Assembly (NCBI GenBank): GCA_051532055.1
Contig: JAOPTX010000016.1
Span: forward strand, 36,059 to 100,058
DNA length: 64,000 nucleotides
Direction of reading: 5' to 3'
DNA from: Fibrobacterales bacterium
Lineage (GTDB): Bacteria; Fibrobacterota; Fibrobacteria; Fibrobacterales; JAOPTW01
A program made the translations under genes and the position numbers. How positions within the stretch are numbered: position 1 is the first letter of the stretch; each line of letters starts with the position of its first letter. Shown here in pieces: positions 52,436 to 61,592 of the stretch. Under the pieces are notes generated by a model, which saw only the letters and a list, made by a program, of their open reading frames with translations, did not search any database and was not told the origin of the DNA.

Positions 52436-53203
52436 ATGCGTATACAACTACCGTCACTATTATTGAAAACACTGCTATTAACATACCCTTTATTGGTTTT
52501 GGGGTGTGCCGAAACCGCGATGTCTACGGATACGAGTCAAAGTACAGACTCATCATTAATTAGAACACTCAACTACACCTACATCGGTTCAAAGATTTTT
52601 CCTCTCGAACACTCCGGTAACTACACCTACAACTTTTTACAATATGATACTGAAGGCAATAAGGTAGACTCTACAACAAAATTTAAGTTAGAAATTTCAT
52701 CATACTCTGCCGGGCCTGATGACAGCTTTCTCTTTCACATGCCCGGAGATGAAGCAGACATTCTACAATGGAAGGGAGAAGACTACTCTGCAGATGAACG
52801 TGGCATTTATATCATTGGCCGATACGACACAAAGAAAAAGCGGGAAATTTCTACGGAGGCTGATCCTATCTTTTGGCTTCCTCAATCTCCCGAAAAAGGG
52901 GTGCGTACTCTGGGTAGTGACTATACCATCGAGTACCTTGGCAATGACTTCTCCTATATCATGAGCGTTGACAACTGTAGCCGCCCAGTCCTTGAAGAAG
53001 CAATGCTCTTTAAAGAAGAAGCAGGAGACTTCACCAACTACTACTACATCAAAAAAGGGGTTGGCATTTTAGGCTGGGAGAAATACTACAAAGGCATACT
53101 CACCGACATGGCCGTACTAAACAATATGAATTTTAAGACGGACGATGAAGATGATTACTACGCGCCTAATAGCTGTTATGAGGATAATTACTATAACGAT
53201 TAG
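52436..53203 (+). CDS. Hypothetical lipoprotein
   Basis: Lipobox VLGC; YYIKKGVG motif; 2 nt after caspase gene. Confidence 0.7.
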   Translation: MRIQLPSLLLKTLLLTYPLLVLGCAETAMSTDTSQSTDSSLIRTLNYTYIGSKIFPLEHSGNYTYNFLQYDTEGNKVDSTTKFKLEISSYSAGPDDSFLFHMPGDEADILQWKGEDYSADERGIYIIGRYDTKKKREISTEADPIFWLPQSPEKGVRTLGSDYTIEYLGNDFSYIMSVDNCSRPVLEEAMLFKEEAGDFTNYYYIKKGVGILGWEKYYKGILTDMAVLNNMNFKTDDEDDYYAPNSCYEDNYYND

Positions 53204-53238
53204 TACAAAGTAATCACTCAGAACATCTCAATTGGCCC

Positions 53239-53271
53239 TGTCAATAAGTGTCACTGTACCCGAGCTACCTT
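53239..53271 (+). promoter_or_regulatory. TGTCA-ATAAG-TGTCA box, 12 bp, then TACCTT -10; rmuC promoter
   Basis: One-mismatch palindrome 53239-53253; -10 at 53266-53271. Confidence 0.62.
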
Positions 53272-53303
53272 TACTATGTTTACCACAGTAAAGGAGTTCT
53301 TCT

Positions 53304-54635
53304 ATGACGACACACCCCCTTGTTATCACTCTATTGATACTTCTCAGTATCAACCTCATTATCTTAATTCTTGTGCTCATTAAAACCAGGGCTTCATCCG
53401 CACAAAAACCCATAACACAGTTTTCAGAGTCTATTACTCAACTCCTCCACGATTCATTTAATCAAAATCGCAATGACAGTCTCCATCGTTCATCTCTCCA
53501 GCGAGAGGAGCTCAACAATAGCCTTCAACGCGTCTCTGACTCCCTTTCTCAACGACTCTCAGAGAGCGCAACACAGCAAAAAGAACAACTTGAGCTTTTT
53601 TCAAATGTCCTCCAAAGTCTGAGTAACTCAAATGAAGCACGTTTTACCAAACTCAATGCCACTCTCAGTGAAAAAATCACCGCACTCCAAACCGATAACA
53701 ACAAAAGGCTCGACCTCATCAACCATACTGTTGATGAAAAGCTTCACAAAACTCTCGAAGAACGCTTGGGCCACTCATTTAAACTGGTCTCTGAGCAACT
53801 CGAAAAGGTGCAAAAAGGACTGGGCGAAATGCAAACCCTCGCCCATGGTGTCGGTGACCTCAAACGGGTTTTAACCAACGTAAAAACCAAGGGAGTACTG
53901 GGCGAATATCAATTAGCCAATATTTTAGAGCAACTCCTTACTCCAGCACAATACTCTTCAAACGTTAAAACCAAGAAAGGGAGTGACGCTATTGTAGAAT
54001 TTGCCATCAAACTCCCTGGCAGGAATGAGACCAATGAGACCGTTTGGATTCCCATCGATGCAAAGTTCCCCACTGAGCACTACCAAGAACTCTTGATGAT
54101 GTATGAAACAGGAGACAAAGCAGTCATTGACACCGCTCAAAAAGCGCTCTACAAAACCATCCGCCAGTGTGCCAAAGACATTGCTACCAAATATATTGAC
54201 CCACCACACACTACTGATTTCGCCATACTCTTTCTTCCTATTGAAGGGCTCTATGCCGAGGTACTACGGGACCATGAACTCTTTCAAACGCTTCAACGAG
54301 ACTATCATGTAGTCGTTGCAGGCCCCACCACACTCTCTGCCCTCCTCAATTCTCTTCAAATGGGTTTTAAAACCCTTGCTATTGAGCAACGTTCGAGCGA
54401 AGTTTGGAACATTCTCGGAGCCGTTAAAACCGAATTCAATAAGTTTGGCACCATTCTCGACAAAACTCAAAAGAAACTTGATGAGGCCAGTAAAACTATC
54501 GAATCTGCAGGAGTACGTACCCGAGCAATTGAACGCAAACTCCGTGATGTTGAAGAGATCCCTCTGCAACAGGATTCACAGCAATTTTCTGACATTCTTC
54601 CCTCATCCCCTGATTTAGAGAAGGTTGAAGATTAA
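53304..54635 (+). CDS. rmuC: DNA recombination protein RmuC
   Basis: N-terminal TM plus coiled coil; LKRVLTNVKTKG..GE, PIDAKFP, KYIDPP.TTDFA, GPTTL. Confidence 0.93.
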   Translation: MTTHPLVITLLILLSINLIILILVLIKTRASSAQKPITQFSESITQLLHDSFNQNRNDSLHRSSLQREELNNSLQRVSDSLSQRLSESATQQKEQLELFSNVLQSLSNSNEARFTKLNATLSEKITALQTDNNKRLDLINHTVDEKLHKTLEERLGHSFKLVSEQLEKVQKGLGEMQTLAHGVGDLKRVLTNVKTKGVLGEYQLANILEQLLTPAQYSSNVKTKKGSDAIVEFAIKLPGRNETNETVWIPIDAKFPTEHYQELLMMYETGDKAVIDTAQKALYKTIRQCAKDIATKYIDPPHTTDFAILFLPIEGLYAEVLRDHELFQTLQRDYHVVVAGPTTLSALLNSLQMGFKTLAIEQRSSEVWNILGAVKTEFNKFGTILDKTQKKLDEASKTIESAGVRTRAIERKLRDVEEIPLQQDSQQFSDILPSSPDLEKVED

Positions 54636-54767
54636 AAGGCTCCTTGCCATACAATCACCCCATTCTCAAATTGAAAATGTGTTCATTGGGTTTCAAAATG
54701 ACCCTTAAAATTGTCAAAGAGTGGTAACTTAGCTATCTTTTGTTCATTATTGTTTACTCGTTGACTC

Positions 54768-55454
54768 ATGAAATTAGCACTTATTATACCTCTATTACTC
54801 CTTTTACTTCTTGGGTGCTCTTATGTACCGCCAAACTACTCTGCAATGCTTATTCAGTCTCGGGACCCCAGTAATACCATGCAAAGTAATATTGGCTTTA
54901 GCGGAACCAACTTAGGGATTAATATTGGAAAACCAAACCAAGCAGACTCAGCAGCACTTTCAGAGTATCCAAAAACGACCTTTACTCAGAGCGTCTTCTC
55001 ATTCGATTATTTTATCAATACCGAAAGCTTTCATTTTGCACCCAACCTTTCGAATACAAACACTTCTCTTGGGATGGGTTTCGATTATGACAACACATTC
55101 CTTGTTATGGTTACTCCTGGTGTACATTTTACCGGAAAAAGTGGCACCAATTTATACCCTACCTCTTTAGATGTTAAAAAGGATTATTTTGTCAATTTTC
55201 ACACCAGTGTAAATCTATCAAGTACAAAAGGGAATGTGATTCTCATCTCTAATGACATATTCCAAAGTCAATTTATTGAAACCAGTCGATATCAAGAATT
55301 TTCAAATCATGTGACACCGTACATGAACAAACTTGCTCTTTCACTCTTTTTCTATGACCGAGCAATTTTTGCCGGCCTTGAATTGAGTATGATCAATAGC
55401 TACAACTTTGATTACTATGGTGCAGGTGTTATGTTCACCTTTGGCTTTAAATAA
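54768..55454 (+). CDS. Hypothetical lipoprotein / small outer-membrane protein
   Basis: Lipobox LLGC; TTGTCA-N17-TATCTT promoter upstream. Confidence 0.65.
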   Translation: MKLALIIPLLLLLLLGCSYVPPNYSAMLIQSRDPSNTMQSNIGFSGTNLGINIGKPNQADSAALSEYPKTTFTQSVFSFDYFINTESFHFAPNLSNTNTSLGMGFDYDNTFLVMVTPGVHFTGKSGTNLYPTSLDVKKDYFVNFHTSVNLSSTKGNVILISNDIFQSQFIETSRYQEFSNHVTPYMNKLALSLFFYDRAIFAGLELSMINSYNFDYYGAGVMFTFGFK

Positions 55455-55464
55455 CACGCTCCTT

Positions 55465-57006
55465 TTAAAACATAACCTGACTATACTTTCTATCAAGACT
55501 GCGATATTGCAACGCCTCTGAAAGGTGGTTTGCTTCAATCATTTTACTCTCTGCCAAATCTGCGATCGTACGGGCAACTTTAAGAATCCTATCATAGGCT
55601 CTTGCTGAAAAGCCCATTTTTACCGTTGCCATCTTAAGTATCTCCTGTGCATCAGCCCCCAATACACAGTGAATACGAATAAGCCGTCCCTGCATATGCG
55701 CATTACAAAAAACACCAGGAACATTTACAAATCGATCCCCTTGTATTTCACGGGCCTTTTGAACCCGTGTACGAATTGAAGCAGAGGTCTCTCCCTCTTT
55801 TTTATCACTCATTTCTTGATAATTCAATGAACCCACTGAAACATGAATATCAATGCGATCAAGAAGAGGACCCGAAATTTTATTCATATATCGAATAACT
55901 TCATTCTCACTACAGGTACAGGGTTGAATAGGATCCCCATAGTAACCACAAGGGCAAGGGTTCATAGCTGCTCCCAGCATAAATCTCGAAGGATAGGTCA
56001 CTGTCATAGCAGTTCGCGAGATCGTCACGACATTATCCTCTAAAGGTTGCCGTAGCACCTCAAGTACCGGCTTTGAAAATTCTGGCAACTCATCCAAAAA
56101 AAGCAAACCATTATGAGCCAAACTTACCTCTCCAGGCCTCGGGTAGGCCCCGCCTCCCACAAGTGACGTATTCGAAACCGTATGATGCGGGCTTCGAAAG
56201 GGGCGCTCCACAATGAGTGATTCAAACCCTTTAAAGAGCCCTGCCCCACTGTGAATCGTCGTGGTTTCAATGGCTTCTTCTTTAGTCATATTGGGTAGTA
56301 TCGACGAAATCCTCCGAGCACACATGCTTTTCCCTGTCCCTGGCGACCCTATGAGCAGAAAGTTATGAGCCCCTGATGCTGCGATCTCCAAAGCGCGACG
56401 CGTCACCTCTTGCCCTTTTACATCACTGAAATCCAGTGCGTATTCTTTACTGGGGTGTAAGTCATCTCGAGATGTCTCAACCTTATACGCATCTCTTTCG
56501 CCACCCAACACCTCAATGCACTCTTTGACATTCCCAACGCCATACACATCCACCCCATCTATAATTGCCGCTTCAGCGGCACTTGTCCTTGGAAGTATCA
56601 TGGATTTAAATCCTTGCTTTTTTGCAAAAATTGCAATAGAGAGCGCCCCTTTTATCCGTTTCACATCACCACAGAGAGAAAGCTCTCCGAGAATAAGTGT
56701 TTTATCAAGTTCAATATAAGGAACCTGTTCGGACGAAATAAGCATCCCTACTGCAAGGGGGAGATCAAAGGATGACCCCTCCTTTTTTACATCTGCTGGG
56801 GCCATATTTATAGTGGTTCTTTTATTATAGATCTGATACCCAAAGTTTTTTAGAGCCGCACTCACTCTATCCCTAGACTCACGTACAGCAGAGTCAGGGA
56901 GCCCGACCAAGGTAAAGCCAGGCATTCCATCTCTACAATCTACCTCGATAAGCACTTCAAAGGCTTCGATACCCCATAATGCTGCCGCCTTTATGATTGA
57001 GATCAT
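55465..57006 (-). CDS. comM: YifB/ComM family AAA+ ATPase
   Basis: VGLPD.AVRESR.RV, DLPLA, GSPGTGKS, RPFRSPHH, PGEVSLAHNG.LFLDE, AMNPCPCG, SGPLLDRID. Confidence 0.92.
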   Translation of the reverse strand: MISIIKAAALWGIEAFEVLIEVDCRDGMPGFTLVGLPDSAVRESRDRVSAALKNFGYQIYNKRTTINMAPADVKKEGSSFDLPLAVGMLISSEQVPYIELDKTLILGELSLCGDVKRIKGALSIAIFAKKQGFKSMILPRTSAAEAAIIDGVDVYGVGNVKECIEVLGGERDAYKVETSRDDLHPSKEYALDFSDVKGQEVTRRALEIAASGAHNFLLIGSPGTGKSMCARRISSILPNMTKEEAIETTTIHSGAGLFKGFESLIVERPFRSPHHTVSNTSLVGGGAYPRPGEVSLAHNGLLFLDELPEFSKPVLEVLRQPLEDNVVTISRTAMTVTYPSRFMLGAAMNPCPCGYYGDPIQPCTCSENEVIRYMNKISGPLLDRIDIHVSVGSLNYQEMSDKKEGETSASIRTRVQKAREIQGDRFVNVPGVFCNAHMQGRLIRIHCVLGADAQEILKMATVKMGFSARAYDRILKVARTIADLAESKMIEANHLSEALQYRSLDRKYSQVMF

Positions 57007-57299
57007 ACCAGTTCCAGTTGAGGTGAGGTCTCACTTCCCAAAAGAGAGTGATGTTCATAAGCGGTAACAACCTGAGATTGAATCTCTTTAATAAGACCCG
57101 CTGACAAAAAATTATAGGCACTCATTGGGGTATCCTGTTTTAACTCAGGTAGTTTTAAATGATACCCCAGCCCTGTTTTAAAAAGTTTAAGCCCCCTGAG
57201 AACCAATTGATTATTGATTGAAACATCGGTTGTCCCTTTAAAGGTGCTCCCAAAATAAGCAGGGAACGGCTTGAATGCAAGTACTCGTATTTGAATCAT
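57003..57299 (-). CDS. Divergent SpoVG-like protein
   Basis: FKGTTDVSINNQLVLRGLKL...GYHLKLP aligns by eye with the neighbouring SpoVGs. Confidence 0.6.
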   Translation of the reverse strand: MIQIRVLAFKPFPAYFGSTFKGTTDVSINNQLVLRGLKLFKTGLGYHLKLPELKQDTPMSAYNFLSAGLIKEIQSQVVTAYEHHSLLGSETSPQLELV

Positions 57300-57307
57300 A
57301 TTCTCTC

Positions 57308-57592
57308 CTATACCACTTTCTCTAAAACATTTGAATACTCATTCAACACTTCGCACTCGACATACTCACGAAAATCCTTTTTTACGGGATAAAAAATCTG
57401 CCGAAATTCTTCACCTTTCTGAGTGAACTCGACAGGATACGATACAAAAAGTCCATTGCTCCCATCATATACTCTGAGATTTGTCAATTGCAATACGTCA
57501 TTGAGTACTACTCTGGCAAGAGCCCGAAGGCGCCCTTCAGAACGACTTACGGGATAAATTGAAATATGGGTTATGGTTAATCCTGCAATCAT
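57308..57592 (-). CDS. spoVG: SpoVG family nucleic-acid-binding protein
   Basis: LRALARVVLND...LRVYDGSNGLFVSYP...IFYP. Confidence 0.85.
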   Translation of the reverse strand: MIAGLTITHISIYPVSRSEGRLRALARVVLNDVLQLTNLRVYDGSNGLFVSYPVEFTQKGEEFRQIFYPVKKDFREYVECEVLNEYSNVLEKVV

Positions 57593-57600
57593 AGTACCCC

Positions 57601-57882
57601 CTATGCCGCTACTGCATGCTGTTCAAATTCTTTGAGCACCGCTTGTTGGATGTACTCTTTAAAATCTCGGGTAATGGGATGATATACCGAACGATACTCT
57701 TGACCTTCCTTTTTAGGTTCACTCGGATAGCCTACAAAAAGCCCATTTACGCTATCATAGATTCTTAGACTACTCAGCGTAATTTGGTCATTCAGTACCA
57801 CTCGGGCAAAGGCTTTGAGCATACCTTTTGATTCTGTAAGGGGAAATACATTCAGTTTTGTAATGAGAAGTTGTTGTGACAT
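57601..57882 (-). CDS. spoVG: SpoVG family nucleic-acid-binding protein
   Basis: LKAFARVVLND...LRIYDSVNGLFVGYPS...YRSVYHPIT; AGGAGG RBS. Confidence 0.88.
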   Translation of the reverse strand: MSQQLLITKLNVFPLTESKGMLKAFARVVLNDQITLSSLRIYDSVNGLFVGYPSEPKKEGQEYRSVYHPITRDFKEYIQQAVLKEFEQHAVAA

Positions 57883-57938
57883 TGCTGCCTCCTTGTTTAG
57901 TTAATTGGTTATGTCAAACTCAGACGAATATCCACTTA

Positions 57939-57955
57939 TGCAAGAGGTGTGCCAA
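57939..57955 (-). promoter_or_regulatory. Sigma54 (-24/-12) promoter TTGGCACACCTCTTGCA
   Basis: TGGCAC-N5-TTGCA with GG-N10-GC spacing, 56 nt upstream of first spoVG. Confidence 0.8.
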
Positions 57956-58136
57956 TTCAGTTTTTAGGCCATAATCAAACAATTACCACTCAAACTCATT
58001 GACGGCTCTGACTACAACTATCCAGATGTGATCATAATTGATTAAAACTGATTAAAAGAGTTTAAAATGGATATATTTCTCTTTCAGTTCTCTAGTATAC
58101 TTAGTACTATTACTATGCTCAGCTATTGGAGAACCC

Positions 58137-58658
58137 ATGGAACAGACATCTACCTCAATCCCTTTTCTTGAATCATATCCTTATGAAGTGTTACACATTA
58201 ATGATTTTCATTACACTAACATCATACAAGAACTTCAAGATCACTTTAAGCATGCCTCCAAAGTCTTTAGCTCAATACCTGACGAAAAATTACACTACCG
58301 ATATCAATCTGAAAAATGGAGTGTCGCAGAAGTACTGGGGCATCTCATCGATCACCATTTACTTTTTATGCATCGCGCTATTACCTTTGCTCGGGGATTT
58401 GAAAACCCAATTCTTCCCGCAGATGAAAATCTTTGGGTTACCAATAGTGTACTGGGTAATAAAAGTTTTCAGACCCTTGTTGATCTTTATGAAAAATCAT
58501 CTACCCTCTTTGAAACCCATATTATCTTACTCGAGAAGAGCCAGCTTCAAAACAGCGGTATTGCCAATAACATTGAGATGACCATTGAACAGCTTCTCTC
58601 ATATTTTATTCTGCACGAGAAGCATCATTTTGATTTTATTCTTTCACACTATCTGTAA
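58137..58658 (+). CDS. DinB family protein
   Basis: YRY..EKWSVAEVLGHL, HEKHH. Confidence 0.85.
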   Translation: MEQTSTSIPFLESYPYEVLHINDFHYTNIIQELQDHFKHASKVFSSIPDEKLHYRYQSEKWSVAEVLGHLIDHHLLFMHRAITFARGFENPILPADENLWVTNSVLGNKSFQTLVDLYEKSSTLFETHIILLEKSQLQNSGIANNIEMTIEQLLSYFILHEKHHFDFILSHYL

Positions 58659-58664
58659 CATACA

Positions 58665-59483
58665 CTACTCGATAATAATTTTTGCATCACGGTTAAAAGG
58701 GTTAGTCCTTATTTCCAGCGAGTAGAGATAAGGATACTGCTCTTGTAGATGGCGCAAATAATTGAGCCACTGACGAATAAGATGATCATAGACCCGTTTA
58801 AAATCATTCGCAATATGCTCCTGATCTTTTTCTGGAAGATTATGGAGTGACTCTCGTGCCCCTATTTCATCAAGAAGATGCAAACTCGACAGCATCACAT
58901 CTGAAAAATGTTCATTATCAAGCACATACCGATTTTCGAGAAGTCGTGAAATGGTATCCCGACGATGCATCACATGAGCCTCGAGAAGATCCAACACCTC
59001 AGCATCAAAACGTGTCTCAACAATAATCTTCTCTACCGTTTTTTCGGCATGTAAAAACTCTTTAGCAGTCCATTCAGGAGTCACCAAAAGTGTTTCCTGT
59101 ATTTCTTTATAATTAACTATCACTGATTCTGTATGCCGTAAAATTTCTTTACCAAATTCCTTAAGATAGACACCGACAAGAATGTTGATTTTCTGCCTTT
59201 TAATTTCACGTTCTTTTTTATTCAGGGCAATTTCAGTTAAATTACCGACAAAGGCCAAAAAGGTTGCAACCCCAACCAAAATAACCACTACTGAAATAAG
59301 GCGACCAATTGTAGTCTCTGGTGCAATGTCTCCATACCCCACAGTAGACATGGTAACTAAGCAAAAGTAATAGGCATCACTCAAGGAGATACCTTCTGCA
59401 ATTGAGAGTAATAATCCTCCAAAAATAAAGGTAATACTGAAGGTCAATAGGTAAAATCGTTTTTTGCTCTCTATAGCTATCAT
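58665..59483 (-). CDS. Potassium channel family protein (2TM pore)
   Basis: TMSTVGYGD selectivity filter; GGAG RBS before 59483. Confidence 0.88.
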   Translation of the reverse strand: MIAIESKKRFYLLTFSITFIFGGLLLSIAEGISLSDAYYFCLVTMSTVGYGDIAPETTIGRLISVVVILVGVATFLAFVGNLTEIALNKKEREIKRQKINILVGVYLKEFGKEILRHTESVIVNYKEIQETLLVTPEWTAKEFLHAEKTVEKIIVETRFDAEVLDLLEAHVMHRRDTISRLLENRYVLDNEHFSDVMLSSLHLLDEIGARESLHNLPEKDQEHIANDFKRVYDHLIRQWLNYLRHLQEQYPYLYSLEIRTNPFNRDAKIIIE

Positions 59484-59647
59484 AAACACTCCATTCTTTG
59501 GCAATACAAAGGTGTTACAAAACAGAGTTGGTGAGCCTTAAAGTCCATCCACTCCTCTCTATACTATACCATAGAGAGTCAAAAAGATTCCACACTATTA
59601 CGGAACATTGTTATTTTTCAAAAAACCCAAATATCGAGGAGAACTCA

Positions 59648-61006
59648 ATGGACATTGCATCACTCATATCAACAATTGATGGCTATATCTGGGGCCCTTG
59701 GCTCATGGTGCTCTTAGTAGGCACAGGACTTTACCTTTCGATACGTCTCTTTTTTGTTCAATTTAGAGGATTTAAACATGGACTCAAAGTTGTCCGTGGG
59801 GGTTTTGACAAAGAAGAAGATGCAGGTGAAATCACCCACTTTCAGGCACTGACCGCAGCTCTTTCTGCAACCATTGGTACCGGTAATATCGTCGGCGTTG
59901 CTGCGGCTATATTAATGGGCGGCCCTGGTGCTGCCTTCTGGATGTGGGTTACGGCCCTCGTAGGAATGGCAACCAAATTTGCGTCATGCACCCTTGCCGT
60001 TCACTATAGAACTATTGATGAAACGGGCGAGGCCCACGGTGGTCCAATGCACTTTATTGAACAAGGAATGGGACCAAAGTTTAAATGGCTTGCCGTCCTT
60101 TTTGCTCTTTTTACTGTGACTGCTAGTTTTGGTATTGGCAACATGTTTCAAATCAACAATGTCGCAACAAGCCTCAACACCTTATTTAGAAGTGGCAGCG
60201 AACCAAGCGCTCTCTTTAATGGTATTGTTGGTCTTGTATTTGCCATAATGGTTGGTATTGTCATACTTGGTGGAATAAAAAGCATTGGCAAGTTTGCCTC
60301 AAAGATTGTCCCTATTATGTGTTTTTTCTATGTCGGTGCAGGACTTATCATACTGGTAAAGAATATGGGTGCCATACCTGACGCATTTGGAACAATATTT
60401 TACTATGCCTTCAACACTCCAGAAGCTCTTGCGGGCGGCCTATTGGGCACGGTAATCCGTGCGGGCGTGGCACGAGGGCTTTTCTCTAACGAAGCAGGAA
60501 TGGGCTCAGCTGCCATGGTACATGGCGCAGCAAAAACTGACGAACCAGTACGCGAAGGCCTAGTCGCAATGCTTGGCCCCTTTATTGATACTATTGTTAT
60601 CTGCTCTATCACCGCATTAGTCATTATCATTACCGGCGCTCACGAAATTCAAGACATTGCCAAAGGCGAATTAACCGGCAAAGCTTTTGAACTTGGCCTT
60701 GGCAGTAGTATTGGTTCTCAACTTGTCGCTATTGGTATTATCTTCTTTTCATTTTCCACTCTCATTTCATGGTCCTACTACGGAGACCGTGCAGCCGACT
60801 ACCTATTTGGTAAAAAAGCGGTCGTTCCTTATCGCTATATCTACCTTGGATTTATTATAATTGGTGCAACCATTAAAATTGGAACGGTCATAGATTTCTC
60901 TGATGCTATGAATGGCCTTATGGTTATTCCTAACCTTATTGCACTGATAGTACTCTCACCCGTTGTAGTAAAACTTACCAAAGATTATTTTGCACGAATG
61001 AACTAA
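59648..61006 (+). CDS. Alanine/glycine:cation symporter (AGCS family)
   Basis: TIGTGNI.GVA, GGPGA.FWMW, GGPM, RGLFSNEAG.GS, PFIDT; GAGGAG RBS before 59648. Confidence 0.93.
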   Translation: MDIASLISTIDGYIWGPWLMVLLVGTGLYLSIRLFFVQFRGFKHGLKVVRGGFDKEEDAGEITHFQALTAALSATIGTGNIVGVAAAILMGGPGAAFWMWVTALVGMATKFASCTLAVHYRTIDETGEAHGGPMHFIEQGMGPKFKWLAVLFALFTVTASFGIGNMFQINNVATSLNTLFRSGSEPSALFNGIVGLVFAIMVGIVILGGIKSIGKFASKIVPIMCFFYVGAGLIILVKNMGAIPDAFGTIFYYAFNTPEALAGGLLGTVIRAGVARGLFSNEAGMGSAAMVHGAAKTDEPVREGLVAMLGPFIDTIVICSITALVIIITGAHEIQDIAKGELTGKAFELGLGSSIGSQLVAIGIIFFSFSTLISWSYYGDRAADYLFGKKAVVPYRYIYLGFIIIGATIKIGTVIDFSDAMNGLMVIPNLIALIVLSPVVVKLTKDYFARMN

Positions 61007-61069
61007 CGTTTACACCCACCACCAAGACACAGCTCTGGTGGGCCCACCTTTACCTTAATTGAGAATGAT

Positions 61070-61498
61070 ATGAAACTATTAATACCACTAAACATTGATG
61101 AAGAAACTGAACTCATAGTCACCTATATCGAGAAACTCATTCAAAGTATCCCTGGTTCAGAGCTCTTTTTCCTCCATGTCCTCAAACCTGATGACATCAA
61201 ATATGATTATGACAAAAACTCAACCACTAAAGAGAGTTACAAAACCACCTTTGTTGGTTACAAAAAGCTTGAGAGAGTTGTCCAAGGGTTTCTTGACCAA
61301 GGAATAGAAACAAATGATCTCGTAAAAAAAGGTATTCCTCACGAAGTAATTATCAAAGAAGCTCAACGATTAGAAGCTGATATGATCATTATTGGAGCAT
61401 CACACCAACATGCTTTTATCGAAGCAATCGCCGGAAGTGTCCCACTAAAAGTTCTACAAAATAGTACGCTACCGGTTCTTGTCGTTCCAGATCAGTAA
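61070..61498 (+). CDS. Universal stress protein
   Basis: LLIPL, LHV, G.P..II..A...ADMIIIG, GSV, PVLVVP. Confidence 0.88.
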   Translation: MKLLIPLNIDEETELIVTYIEKLIQSIPGSELFFLHVLKPDDIKYDYDKNSTTKESYKTTFVGYKKLERVVQGFLDQGIETNDLVKKGIPHEVIIKEAQRLEADMIIIGASHQHAFIEAIAGSVPLKVLQNSTLPVLVVPDQ

Positions 61499-61531
61499 CA
61501 GAAAAATATGATGGGAATTTGGTTTTTGGGC

Positions 61532-61592
61532 AAAAAAAAATATCTTTGAGAGATAAGTTATTTAGCCAGGAACCAATTCTCAAAGATATTTT
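61532..61592 (-). terminator. 15-bp inverted repeat with poly-U on minus strand
   Basis: AAAATATCTTTGAGA (61537-61551) / TCTCAAAGATATTTT (61578-61592); A9 on plus strand. Confidence 0.55.

Noticed and set aside
54711..54716. TTGTCA half-site after rmuC
   Set aside because: Explained as an ordinary -35 at 17 bp from TATCTT; no partner half-site at N5
59498..59647. N-terminal extension of the AGCS symporter, or a glycine riboswitch upstream
   Set aside because: Strong RBS at 59648 defines the start; no riboswitch consensus recognised
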